A DNA stretch of 62,871 bases, filler included, from Octopus bimaculoides (GCF_001194135.2; 6 parts of 6 records of this genome joined end to end with filler, not necessarily neighbours in it), one strand, 5' to 3'; shown: positions 25,685 to 39,472, numbered from the whole stretch's first letter. Notes: generated by a model not told the origin, from the letters alone. Made by a program: numbers and translations.

Positions 25685-26957
25685 GTTAGCTAGTATGACC
25701 CCTTTGTATTTGTCAGCTTCCTTAAATACTGAAAACAGTCTTTTGTTTTGCTCGCGTTTTGTGGTTATTTGTATTAATTTTCCTTGCTTCTGGAGTAGGT
25801 ATTTTTGCAGCCCTATTGTGGTTATTTTATAACAGTTTTCCAGCTGTATAAAGCCTCTACCACCTTCTGTACGTTGTGTATATAGCCTTTCTATGTCAAA
25901 TTTTGGGTGGTGCATCCTAGATCCTGTCGTTATTTTTCTTGTTTTCCTGTTTATTTTGATTAGTTCATTTAGTGCCCAGTTAAGGATATCGTAGCTGTAA
26001 ATTATAACTGGGACTCCTAGAGTGTTGATACCTATTATCTTGTTTTTAGCATTGAGCTCTGTTTTCAGAATTGATCTAACTCGTCTGTAGTATTCTTTCT
26101 TTATTTTCTCTTTTATTTGTGTGTTGTATCGTATCTAGTTCATTGATTCCTAAATATTTTTATATCTGGCTTTGGTCTAATTCTCTTATTTCATTGGCTT
26201 TGTCTAGTGTGATGTTGCTACTCTTAACTAGTTTTCCTCTTTTCAAGGTTGCTTTGGCACATTTTTCTAATCCAAATTTCATATTTATTTCTTTGGTAAG
26301 TCCATGTACTGTCTGTAGTAGTGTTTCCAGCTGTTTATTATTTGTATCGTATAGTATTGGGTCATCCATATATAAGAGGTGGCTGATTGGTTTGCCGTAA
26401 CAGTTGTATCCGCATCCAGTTCTGTTTAGCATGTCAGATAAAGGCGTCAGTGCCAAGCAGAAAAGGAGTGGAGAAAGAGCGTTTCCCTGAAATATTCCTC
26501 TTCTAATGGGGATGGCTTTGGTTTTCACGAGTCCCTCTTTTGTTTGGAGCTGTAGCACTGTCTGCCATTTTTTCATAGAGTGTCTTATGTATTTTATGAT
26601 TATTGTTGCTACCTTGCTTTTGGCTAGTGTTTCTAGGATCCATGTGTGGGGGATGCTATCAAAAGCCTTTCGGTAGTCGATCTAGGCTATACTTACACCT
26701 TTCTTCTTTCTGCAGCTGTCTTCAGTTATGGCTTTATTGATCATTAGTTGATCTTTACAGCCATATGAGCCCTTGCTGCATCCCTTCTGCTTTTCTGGAA
26801 ACAGGTTGTTTTCTTCCAGATGCTTGCTCAATCTCTGCGATATTATTGCAGTAAAGGCTTTGTAAATTGTAGGGAGACATGTTATTGGCCTGTAGTTTTG
26901 TGGGTTTGCCGTTTCAGTGGATTTGGGAATTGGGATAGTTTTCCCTTTCGTGAGCCA
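25685..26957 (-). mobile_element. R4/Dong-like RT domain (pseudogenised), bounded by (AAT)n on both sides
   Basis: NYRPITCLPTIYK...QKGC...DYRKAFDSIPH...RGIFQGNALSPLLF...HLLYMDD...YKYLG...GGRG. Confidence 0.9.
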
Positions 26958-26963
26958 TTCAGG

Positions 26964-27008
<45 letters not shown>

Positions 27009-27998
27009 CATTATTATTATTATTATTATTATTATTTAAATGCATCCATCTAAGTAGTTAATTTTGCTGAAATATGTAACATGTATATTTTCAAATGAAA
27101 AAAAGGCGGCGAATTTTACATTCAGTTGAAGATTCTGAATAACCAACACTTTCGGAATTTTGTCTACAGTAGGAAAAAAAAAACTTTAATATTGCTTATA
27201 TCAAAAAAAAAATACTTAATCAATATAGAAATTATTAGCGCTGGTATTGGTCTGATTGTTTATATAACGATTAAAAACGCAAGTATGACAGAAACAAAAT
27301 CTGTTTACCTAAGTTACTGAGACGCTCCAGCTGAGAAATGAGAAGCTGTTGTTGAGACAAAACGTTTGATATTGTGTAGATATTATTTATAACTTAATTT
27401 GTGAGAGAAACGTCATTGCGAGGTTTCCCAAATGGTTAGCAACCTAGTCCGGTAACGAGAGATGTACAGTGCGCTTTTCTGCTAGCGGGATATTTGTTAA
27501 TTATTATCCATGTATGTTGTTTCTCTTTTTCTTATGGTTAACACAAGGCGGACGAGTTTTGCCCATGACAATTGCAGGTTGTTCCAGAATGGCTTCGTTG
27601 GTACCATTAATACTGGTCTTGAATTTCTTCAGGCCTCTTGAGAAAATTTGTGCAGAAATAGTATATATGCATTATGTCTGTCTAAATGTATATCCGGATA
27701 TATAATATATAGATGAAAGTATGTGATGCAAACGTGGGCGCAGAAAGAAAACACACGCGGATACGCACACATGCATATGCATATGTATGTATGTACATGT
27801 ATGTATATATGTATGTGAATGTGTGTGTGTGTGTGTTTGTATGTGTCTGTCTGTGTTTGTGTGTGTGTGTGTGTGTATGCATTTATGGTGTTCTCATTAA
27901 GAATAGAAAACCATTATTTATCCATAGCTGAATTCTGCTGAGAGTGCAATGCGACAGGATTTTTATGATCATATCAATATCTGCTTTGAGGATTTGTA

Positions 27999-28171
<173 letters not shown>

Positions 28172-28246
28172 AGACAGACAAAGAGATTGCGTGTGTATGA
28201 ATGTATACACAATATGCATATGTATATGTGTATGTGTATATATATG

Positions 28247-28307
<61 letters not shown>

Positions 28308-28443
28308 NNNNNNNNNNNNNNNNNNNNNNNNNNNNNNNNNNNNNNNNNNNNNNNNNNNNNNNNNNNNNNNNNNNNNNNNNNNNNNNNNNNNNNNNNNNNN
28401 NNNNNNNNNNNNNNNNNNNNNNNNNNNNNNNNNNNNNNNNNNN

Positions 28444-28510
<67 letters not shown>

Positions 28511-28637
28511 ATATCTATATATATATTTATATACAGATGGATAGATTATATGAATGAGTGTATATACATACAAACATAAGTATAAATATATACATATCTA
28601 TATGTGTGTGTGTGCATATATGTGCACTTATGTGCAT

Positions 28638-28878
28638 CTATATGCGTAATGAAGAGGGAACATGACACTGCGTAATTATTCGCGCGGACGTTTGGTGTTT
28701 TTGGTTATATGATTCTTGATAATCTCGGCAATATTTCGAAGGACATTGACTCGAATCGGCGTTCCACAATTCTACGTCTACAATGTTGTGCAAACTGCTG
28801 TTATATTTTCTCAGAAACAGTTCCACGGTTCTATATATGGCATATACTTCATCGGTGTACTCTGTGCCTTTATCCACC
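28638..28878 (-). CDS. Candidate terminal exon of an unidentified gene (79 aa)
   Basis: Strong - strand acceptor (ttttttgttgttttactAG at 28880-28879) followed by an open non-repetitive frame VDKGTEYTDEVY...CPSKYCRDY...SLRI*. No family recognised and no partner exon found. Confidence 0.35.
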
Positions 28879-29009
28879 CTAGTAAAACAACAAAAAACGT
28901 TTTATGTTAGTTTAGACTTTGTCGACTTGAGCCGTGACCTAATATTTGCCTTGTGAAATCGCAATTCATACGTTACAATACTTATAAAAGTATATGGAAA
29001 CACACAGCC

Positions 29010-29080
<71 letters not shown>

Positions 29081-30189
29081 TTCATGAAAGTACCGAGACA
29101 CGGAGTGCACATACAGTTAAATTTACGTCTATTAAATGTACATGAATAAAGTTATTTAGATTATATGGGGTTAGTCCAAAAAGAAATTCTTTTATTCTTT
29201 TACTTGTTTCAGTCAATACACTGCGGCCATGCTGTAATATAGCCTTGAAGATTTTAGTCAAACAAATCGACCCCATTACTAACTTTTTAAAGACTGGTCC
29301 TTCTCTTGCCGGTTGCTAATGATAGATTCTTGTGTTTTTTTAACACTGTGCGTCTATAAGAGATATTATTTCAGAATGAATACCGTTGTTAATTAGGATT
29401 TTCTTGATGTCTCTACTTTAAATATGATACACTGATTGCTTTACACATCAGTGTTTTTATGTGAAGTTACGTATGAAAACAATTTAAACTTAAATTCAAG
29501 GCGCGTGCAAAACTTTTAGTAGAGTTTAAATTGATTAACTTCTACAAGGAAAAGGTCGACAGCTACGTCGAAGAATCAGCTTACGTTAGTCATCGACCTG
29601 TGGTTTAGTTTTGAATTTCAAATTTAATATGTGGTGTTTTGGGCAGGATATTCCTTTGGTAGTTTCAGTAATTACATGCAAATGTTGTATTCAGACAGAA
29701 GTGGTTGTGTAAGAAGTCAGAACTGAGAAGAAAATGATTTGCTATAGACGAGGAGGTGGCGGAAACAGTTTTGCTAGTTTCATAAAAGAAATTTCTTATT
29801 GTATGGGTTCAGTCAGGCGTATATATAATTAAAGTAAATTTTTATTGCGGTTCTTGTGACATACGTGTCATATTTCGGTCACAATCTCTGTTGGATGAAG
29901 TTTTTCTAATAACTAATCAACATTCTTTGTATATGAGATGGTTTACTGCTATTTTAGAGCTCATACAAGAATGTTTATAGATTTTTCGAATATGGTTTTG
30001 ACCAATCAGTATGCAGCTTAAACGTCACGGTTTGCCGGGCGTACTGATATTACTGGTATAGATCCCGCTTTTATTTTAACCAATTAGCTTGCGGTTTACA
30101 TGTAATGGTTTTATGAGTGAGCAAACTTAGTTGGTTTCGATCGTTTTTATTTCAATTGGTGGGAGTCTTCCGTACTATATGTATGTATG

Positions 30190-30221
<32 letters not shown>

Positions 30222-30332
30222 CATACATACATACATACATAAACGTATCGCACGTCTGTTTTCATTCCTCCACTTCATTCTGTATTTCATATCTTCTCTA
30301 TAATAACTATTACTTAAAAATTTTCTCGCACC

Positions 30333-30382
30333 GTCTCTGATGAAAAGATATAAAAAAAACACCGCAGAAACAGCTGTAAGAC
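30333..30382 (+). ncRNA. Degenerate minimal type-I hammerhead-ribozyme-like motif
   Basis: GTCT-CTGATGA-(23 nt)-GAAA-CAGCTG-TA-AGAC: intact core, 4-bp stem I and palindromic stem III, but stem II does not pair. Confidence 0.4.
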
Positions 30383-30415
30383 CTTCTAATTTATAAATGT
30401 TCTGAAAACTATTCA

Positions 30416-30515
30416 NNNNNNNNNNNNNNNNNNNNNNNNNNNNNNNNNNNNNNNNNNNNTTAATTAATTAANNNNNNNNNNNNNNNNNNNNNNNNNNNNN
30501 NNNNNNNNNNNNNNN
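30416..30515. other. Artificial scaffold spacer
   Basis: Same 44N-TTAATTAATTAA-44N construct. Confidence 0.95.
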
Positions 30516-30561
30516 TATATATATATATATATATATATATATAGATGGATAGATAGATAGG

Positions 30562-30627
<66 letters not shown>

Positions 30628-32426
30628 CCATCGCCTCGAAATTGACCAAAGAATGTATCTGTCACTCTGTATCACCAAGACATTATTATTGAGAAGGAGA
30701 TTAAAAAATTAAAATACTAGCGTATCATAATTTGACATTCTTCAATTTATATCTATAGATATAGAACATATAGACGCATGTAACCGTAAAAGTGAACAAT
30801 CTTCGTTCATTTAAGCGCCATATGTAATTATATAACGTCCTCATTTGGTTGCGATTTAGTCGCTACTGAGATTTATGTCTATAAAAATTTAATAAACGGA
30901 CAATATATACGGTGTACAGAAAATATGGTACATTTGCTTTAATTTATTTCGCAGTGCATATATATGTTTCAATGATTCTTAACTTCGTTAGCCACTGTTG
31001 AACTAAAACCGATAGGCTCCAGAGATTTAGAAAACATCGTTATATATAAAATAGAAAATTACATATTTATATGTATAAAATGTTATTTACTAAAGTCGTA
31101 TAGCTTGCAGATTCCAATTATTGGAAGCTACGAAACATTTACAAAATATTGTCATTATTCCATTTTCTCATTTCTATAATGAAAACAAAGTCTGCTGTTC
31201 GTTTTCTCTTTACATGTTTTCATATACAAACATATATGTTTCGACATACCTAGCATTAACTGGGTCTCAGTTTATCTGGTATTATAAAGTCTAAAGTGTC
31301 TTTTCCTCTAGAGGAAGAAATGGTTCTTGCCACTTTATTTCTTGACTCATATGAATCAGCGGTTCCTTCTCCATAATTCGGCTTCCTATTGGCTAATTTC
31401 TAGTTCCTTTTTTGTTAGAGATATTTGGGAGAAGATTTGATCGTAACGCTGTTAGTCAACTTGCAAATCACTTCTCAACTTTATATTCATATAGTTCTTC
31501 ACTATTCTGACTTATCCCAAACTTCTGCATTTTCGCACTTCTACTGAAACCGCCCCGATATAATCTTAATGTCATGGATTTGCATAGGTTACAATGTGCT
31601 TTTGGTAAGATAATGTGCAAATAAATTTATACTGTTTGCTCGTTATTCTCTCTTTTTATTTACTAATCTGGTTTCATGATTTCTTTATATTCATCTCCAT
31701 CAAATAAATAACATTTTCACAATGCTTAGACGCCATTGAATCATTTCCGTTGTATTTTGTATTGCAAACACTACTTGTATTATTTTAGTTAGCAATGGGT
31801 ATTTTAATTAAATATTTGATTACCTTTACTTAAGGAAGTGTATAACACGACATTAGAGAGTCATTGATATTTATTTTATACCAGAGGCCATCATAATACC
31901 AGCATCTCACTGTTGTCAATCAGGAAATGTCTCAAGGGAGTTCTGTCTGGTATTTTGAAAAGATTGAGAAGATTAGGTAGCATTTAGTTCATTCGTTAGG
32001 CAGACCAAAATACAGTCTAATCACTACTTTACATTGTCATAGAAATAAAATGACGTTTTCGGTTATGTTTTAGCAAATGAAAGCGATTGTTATAATACAT
32101 GTATACTGTGGAACAGGAGTTATATACGTAAATAAAACAGAAATAATAGTACTCCTTGAATTATCTCATTTTTGTTTAAACGGTGAGCACTTGTGCATAC
32201 TGAGGTTAATTATTATGTGTCTCAGAGTAGCTCTAAACAATGTTTATATTGATAGAGTATTTAACTTGCTCAAATATAATTCATTACTTTTCATCCTTTC
32301 CTCATAACTTGAGACAACATTTCGATTTATTCTTTCATTTCAAGGAAACATTCATCTAGATTTCTACTATATTTAACAGAGAACTTCCTCATGTCATTTT
32401 ATTTATTTCAACATCTAAATATATAG

Positions 32427-32534
32427 GAGATATACTTATATACTTATTTATCGGATATCGCAAATGAACTGTTCATGTTTGTGTGCTACAGCTCAGACCA
32501 GGGCGAAATTTGGAGTCATCCGTTTAATATACAA
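32427..32534 (+). CDS. Weak candidate exon with an Asp-box/BNR-like motif
   Basis: AG...GT-bounded 108-nt frame EIYLYTYLSDIANELFMFVCYSSDQGEIWSHPFNIQ containing SxDxGxxWSxP. Splice sites are weak. Confidence 0.2.
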
Positions 32535-32629
32535 GTAGTTAACCGATCTATGCACTCAGCCCATGGTATTGAGTTCTATATCTAATTATATCAGCATTCT
32601 ATAAAATACATTTCAATACATTTTAAAAT

Positions 32630-32840
32630 GTAAGGCGCCGAACCGACAGAATCGTTGTGAGGTCGCGCAAAATACTTAGCAGCATTTCCTCCGTTTTACG
32701 TTCTGAGTTCAATTTCGGCCGAGGTCGGTTTTGCATTCAATCATTTCGGGATCGATAAAATAAGTTCAAGTTGAGCACTGAGGTTGATGTAATCGACTTT
32801 CCCACTCCCACGAAATTGCTGGCCATGTGCCAAAATTGAA
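32630..32840 (+). mobile_element. SINE family A copy
   Basis: Core landmarks present. Confidence 0.75.
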
Positions 32841-34350
32841 ATTATATACGTATCTGTGCATATATATATGCATGTGTGTGTATGTGTGTGTGGAGAGAGT
32901 GAGAGAGACAGACAGACACACAGCGACAGACAGAGACAGACAGAGACAGACAGAGACAGACAGAGAGAAAGCGAGAATAGTTTGTAGTATACAAAATACA
33001 GTCAAAAATATATACGACAAACACTGCAGACACACCAATTGTTCGTACGTAGACACTGAATGTTTTTAGTGAAAACAGGTTGGATTATCTATGATCAGGC
33101 GACAAATCTGAAGGTTCTCCACCCGCATTGTATCTTTAAAAAGTCTACCAAAATATTTTGAAGCATTCGGATTCGTTCGTGTGACTGTCGTGGGACTAAG
33201 CTTGAAGAGCTAGGATTTGTAACGCAAGAAGTACAATATCGATAAGATCTTTACAACTTCATCTGTCAAAGCTTGTGAATTAGATAACAGCGATAGAAAG
33301 TACTTTGGAATTAGGAGCAGAATTAAATACAAATACAATTGATCGGAAGAGATACTTAAAAGCAAACTTGTGGATGCTCAGTAATGACACACACACGAAC
33401 TCTAAAGCTAGGTCTTAACAGGTTGTAAAAGACAGCTCAACGAATGCTCATAATTGGTAAAAGTCATATTGGGTTGATGTAAACTGTTAACCCCCTGCCC
33501 CGAAATTGTACCAAAATTTGAAACCAATATTTCTATTTCCAAACATTGTTTCAAGTGACAGTAGTACTGAGCAGTTCCATTCACTTCTGAATTGATAACA
33601 CTGTAAATATATTATTCCAATTTTGACAGAAGACCAGAAGCTTTGAGGGACTATATTTGTAGTATTAAATGTTGCTCAATATTGTTGTCTAACCCTCTAG
33701 TGATGACGTTAAGAGGTCAAAATATGAATAAGCGCAGTCAATGTGAACAGTGTTACCAAGCTGCATAAACCGTAGCGTCTAAGCTGTACGCTGATATGGT
33801 AAGCTAGCATTAGTAAACTTCAGTCTTGTGGAACCAACTTGAGGGTATTTAATGGCAATAAAGTAGCCATTCCACAACATGTCTCAAGTGTGACATGCAT
33901 TTGTTGATTATTGATACCATTACATACCCGTTTACCTGAAGATGGTTATAATATATGAAAGTACTTGAACTTTTGTAAACAAAGTATATACAAATACAAT
34001 GGTAGCATGTACAAATAGGACTATGATTGATTTATATATTTAGCTATACGTTATTTGACAAACTCTGAGCTTTCTAACCCACACAATCTCTATATCTGTA
34101 TCCTTTCATACACACACACACACATAGACACATAAACACACATACAAGCGTATATATATATATACATATAGGTATATACACATATGTATATCCATACATG
34201 CATACGTAAATAAATATGCACATACATNNNNNNNNNNNNNNNNNNNNNNNNNNNNNNNNNNNNNNNNNNNNNNNNNNNNNNNNNNNNNNNNNNNNNNNNN
34301 NNNNNNNNNNNNNNNNNNNNNNNNNNNNNNNNNNNNNNNNNNNNNNNATA

Positions 34351-34381
<31 letters not shown>

Positions 34382-35139
34382 ATATGAATGTGACTATATA
34401 TATATACATATAGGTATATACACATATGTATATCCATACATGCATACGTAAATAAATATGCACATACATACCTACCTACTTACATACATACGAATATATA
34501 CAGAACACATATGCTACATTTGACAGATCTTCACTCGACTTGCGTAAATGTTATTTCCGGAAGTTTGCTTCTTATCAATATGAAAGCTAAAGTTGAGTGA
34601 AGAAAATTAACGCCAAGTTGAGGAGTTAAGCTGAAATACATGGATTAGAAACCCGTACAAAACCAATTTTAATGATTTTTTTTTTTTTTTACAGATGTAG
34701 TAATTTATGTAATAATGGAAGATTTCAAATTGTGATTTTTTTTCTTCAAATCTAAAATTTAAATCATTGTGTTAGAAAATTCGGAGTAAAAATATTTACA
34801 AAATGTACTTCGCAACTTCAACTTCACATAAACCAATCAAAATGAATTTAAATTAAGGAAATCTTTTTTTTTTAAATCGTATTTCGCTATGAAAAAGTTA
34901 AAATTTTTGGTTATTTAAATATCTATTCTCCAGAAATAGTATAATCTATAATAAAATTTCACAGAAAATATTTTCAAATTTTAATTTCTGTCGAATTCTA
35001 CGGAAAAAAATCGTCAGCAATACAAAATGCCGCCTATTTACATATGTATGTGTGTTTCAATAAACAAATGATGTATAGTTTCTTAAAGCATCACAAAATC
35101 AAGAATGAATTATTATATAGATCATATACTGTGGAATTC

Positions 35140-35335
35140 ATAAAGGCGGTTAGCTAGCAGAGACGTTAGAACGCCGGGCGAAATGCATAGCGGTATTTTG
35201 TCTTTCTTTTCGTTCTGAGTTCAAATTCCGCCGTGATCGACTTTGCCTTTTATTCTTTCGGGGTCGATAAATTTAGTACCAGTTGCTTACTGGAATCAAT
35301 CTAATCGAGCCTTGTTCCTAGAGTATAAAAGAATA
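35140..35335 (+). mobile_element. SINE family A copy
   Basis: Core landmarks present. Confidence 0.75.
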
Positions 35336-36559
35336 CGGAATTCATAGACTGTACAATATGGAAGTTAAATATGGAGAAAATTACTGTCTGAATTTACATA
35401 GCATGTATATGATAGTACTTTAATATATGTACGAAAGTAGAAAAGCAGCTAAGAACTGATGAAGGTTCGTTCTTTGCGTTGTTTGTCTTGGTTTCCATTT
35501 GTGTATTTCGTCGTTCGAAAAAATAGTTCATGTTCCATGTACTCGTACAACATCGTATTTTCTGTTGTACACGTTTCGTGACGTTCTGTGCCAGCATATG
35601 TGTATATAAATATATGTATATATATATATATATATATATTATTTATATTATTATATCGTTGAACTCCACGTATCCTCTTCCAAGTATATATATATATATA
35701 TATGCAGTAATCGAAACGAATAATGCACTATCATTTCTCAGAACTTGGCTCGTAACATAGCAAAATCTCCACGAACGTACTACTATAATTGTTGATATAT
35801 ACTGAAATAGTATACAATAAAATAATAGGTGATATAAACATTGCAACTGAAAACGAGTAAATTTCAACTAGATAATAAATATGGTGCAATGTACGCGTAA
35901 AACACCGCATAAGGTTCAAAGATCAAACTGATCTAAATGTAGTAATAATTTACAAAGAGTTTGACGTTAATAACCTGAAGAATTAAAATCGCATTAACGG
36001 TAATTCAATTCGGACATGCAGACATACATCTCGATAGTTTTGTAAATATTTACTGAGACGCTTTACCTCTGGGAACGCGGTTAATGTGGTTACCTATATC
36101 ATAAAAATATATTTGAATAATATAAAATATTAAATTGATTGTACATGCGTCAATAGCGTAATCGGTAAAAGTATAAATACTCATTTTATAAATGTAAAAA
36201 AAAAATATCTTAAGCGTGTATGTTCGTATTCAGGTACACATACATACATACATATGAACACATATCTACATGTATGAATGTATACATATAAATATGCATA
36301 GACATATACATATATATATACACACACATATACTTATATATATTAAAGTATACATATAGATGTACGCACAGTGTTGTATGATTACATAAGTAGAATATTC
36401 TTCAGAACATTTTATGGGCTTTAATTACCTAATGTTTATATAATGTCCAGGACAATTTATATACTCTTTATGTTACAAGATTACTAGAAGCGTTTGTCTA
36501 TATTTATACTTTTCACCGCTCCCTATGGTGTAGAGCTGATGGTATGGTTTAATACCAAC

Positions 36560-37665
36560 GAGAGGAGAAGCAGAACAAGGTTCAGCCAGTTCGACATCGT
36601 CGATTTTTACCCATCTGCATAAAAAGGGCTATTGGTCAGGGCTCTTTCCTTCGCTAGGGGCTTCACTGACATAAGCGACAGGGACATAGAAAATATAGTG
36701 CCAGAATAAATAGTGCTGTTCAATAAAGGTGCTACCTAAGTCAAATAATCCAACCCCGTAGGCTCCTCTGACGTAGCAACGGAGGTCTATGACAGCGCTA
36801 ATATAAGCAACCTCATCGGGTTGTATATTCTCGCTGCCTTTAAGAAGAAATTCCCCTCTGTCCTCTTTGGACTCTACAGGGATGACGCCCTGATCATCTC
36901 TAGAGGAGTCAGCGTAAAAGCGTGTGTAAGTAGGATATTCCTTAGGATAATAGATAAACACTCCACACGTTTACATAGGTACGGACGCATTTTTAACAGA
37001 TAAAACATATATGTCTTTTTTAGTTGCGCCCCCAGTATTAAGAGCGTTCTAGTTAACACCCCTAGACCATGAGTGAAGGCAGGATGTTCGTACAGGGTCT
37101 ACAACAGATGCCCTGTAGGAGGCCATTTCGAAACCAAGGGAGTTTATGAGGCTCAAGTGATAGTCGACCCCAACAGCAGCAGAAACAGCAACAGCTTTCC
37201 CAACGACTACTACAGTAGTAGGAATGACAGTACCAAGAGCTACAGCGGCAACCCTAATAGAAATAGCAGCAGCAGCATCGCCAGCAATTCCACCGTTCCG
37301 AACAGAATTAGCGGCACCATAATCGCCAAAGCTATCAATAGCAACAGCCACGGTATCATCCACTATGATGGCTCCAATAACAGCTCCAACAACCCCAACG
37401 ACGATAGCCGTAACACCACTAACAGCCGCACCATCACTGATGATGTTCCCTACGCCAGTATTAACGGCGCCGACGCCAGCACCAGCTTTAATGACGCCAA
37501 CACCAGCACCAATAACAGTGGTAGCAGCATCGTCAAAATCAGCATCGCCAACACCTTCAAACGGAGATACATCGGATTTTCCACCAATTCGTTTAAACAG
37601 CGCCTCCCCAACCACAGATCCCCCTTCAGAATCCCAAAAGGGAGATACCCCATTCCCCCAGTAGT
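36560..37665 (+). mobile_element. Penelope-like element remnant: degenerate RT plus GIY-YIG endonuclease
   Basis: FDIVDFYPS...VYDSANISNLIGLYIL...GLYRDDAL is PLE-type RT with stops. It is followed by C.Y...RCPVGG...GVYEAQV...RYIGFSTNSFKQRLPNHRSPF. Confidence 0.8.
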
Positions 37666-37679
37666 CCTCAACTGCTACT

Positions 37680-38030
37680 TATTTTATCGACCCCGAAAGG
37701 ATTAAAAGAAGCTCGACTTCGGCACAATTTGAACTCAGAACATAAAGATGCCGCTAAACATTTTGCCAGGAGTGGTAAAGATTCCACCAGCTCGCGGCCT
37801 TATGTCATAAAGTATATTGCTTTCGAATTCTAGCACAAAGCCAGCAATTTTGGGGGTGGAGTTAAGTCGATTAAATGACCCCTGTGTTCAGGTGTTAATT
37901 ATTTTATCGACCTCGAAAGGTGAAAGGTAAAATCAACTGCGGCGGCATTTGAACTCGCATCATAAAGACAGATAAAATGCTGCTAAGCGTTTTTGCCGGT
38001 GTGCTAACGATTCTGCCAGCTCGTTCTCTT
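37680..38030 (-). mobile_element. Two adjacent SINE family A copies
   Basis: Core gaactcagaac/gaactcgcatc...ccagctcg occurs twice. Confidence 0.75.
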
Positions 38031-38641
38031 TCATTTCTATAATATTGAGTGTTGTGTTGTTATGGTGCAATCCAGATGCTGACCTAAGATGAGATCTGCA
38101 GACATCTGATCGTTTTCACATATATAATGCAATGATGACACTCCTCCCCAATATTTTTTAAACTGAAGCTCATGGGTTGTGAGATACTATCCTGTTAATT
38201 ATAGCAGGTCGATCGACAACTTAACGCTTATCTGTTTGTCCTAATAAAAATATGATTTCTAGTGCCCGCACCAATAGCACAACTGATTAACTTGAGTCTA
38301 TGAAGTACGTTACTGACATTTATATTGATGTCCGTATTGAAGATTAACCTAAATCTAATGGGATTTGATCGCGCAAAACCTCAGGAGACATAAGCAAATG
38401 CCCTCCAACACATTTATTTGCTGGTGTATCATATATGCAACGAAAGTGCACAGTAAACATAGTTACCGTACCATCACTCGCTTATAATTACATTATATAT
38501 CCCTTAGTTCATTGCTATGTAAACGAACTACGAGGCCATTCTTCGATCTTTTTGTCACCCCTCAATCTCACACTTCCCCTTATATACTCAGAGAGAGATA
38601 CGCATTCATATGAGAAAATATTTATGTGCTTGTGTCTGTGA

Positions 38642-38692
<51 letters not shown>

Positions 38693-38929
38693 TGTGTGTA
38701 TATGCGTGTGTGTGTCTCACTAACTCTTCCCCTCGCTAGCGTTTTTATCTGTCTTTCTCATTCACTCTCTCTTTCAGTGCACCACCATTTTCTTTGTAAA
38801 GACGCGTGTATCGATTGTTTAATAAAATACACACTCACACACACAAACTCACTTGCATCTCTCACTCTCTCTCTCTCTCTCTTTCTCACTGTATATACAC
38901 ACACATACACAAACACACACACACACACA

Positions 38930-38964
<35 letters not shown>

Positions 38965-39011
38965 NNNNNNNNNNGTAAATATCCGAAAAATACACGCGCG
39001 CACACGTACAC

Positions 39012-39046
<35 letters not shown>

Positions 39047-39308
39047 CACAAACACACATACATATGTACGTGGATACGTTTATATATAAAAGTATGCTTA
39101 CGCATGTATGCGTGTATAATACCTATATGGCTATATGGGTGAAAGTATATATATATATACGTGTATATGTATATAGGGATTTATATTTGCGTTCATTTTT
39201 TCATGTTGTCGTGTATGAACTTGCGCACGTGCGTGATGTTTAACTGACATTTAAGCTTTCTGCTTATATGCACATACATACACTCACACACTCACACACG
39301 CACACACA

Positions 39309-39343
<35 letters not shown>

Positions 39344-39372
39344 TATGTAGGCATATACACACATACGTTTGT

Positions 39373-39472
39373 NNNNNNNNNNNNNNNNNNNNNNNNNNNN
39401 NNNNNNNNNNNNNNNNTTAATTAATTAANNNNNNNNNNNNNNNNNNNNNNNNNNNNNNNNNNNNNNNNNNNN
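39373..39472. other. Artificial scaffold spacer
   Basis: Same construct. Confidence 0.95.

Noticed and set aside
29690-29830. Possible mariner transposase C-terminus (..DEEVAETV..)
   Set aside because: Too short and degraded, and no terminal inverted repeats were found.
34155-34470. About 75-bp direct repeat flanking a gap
   Set aside because: Typical assembly overlap artefact.
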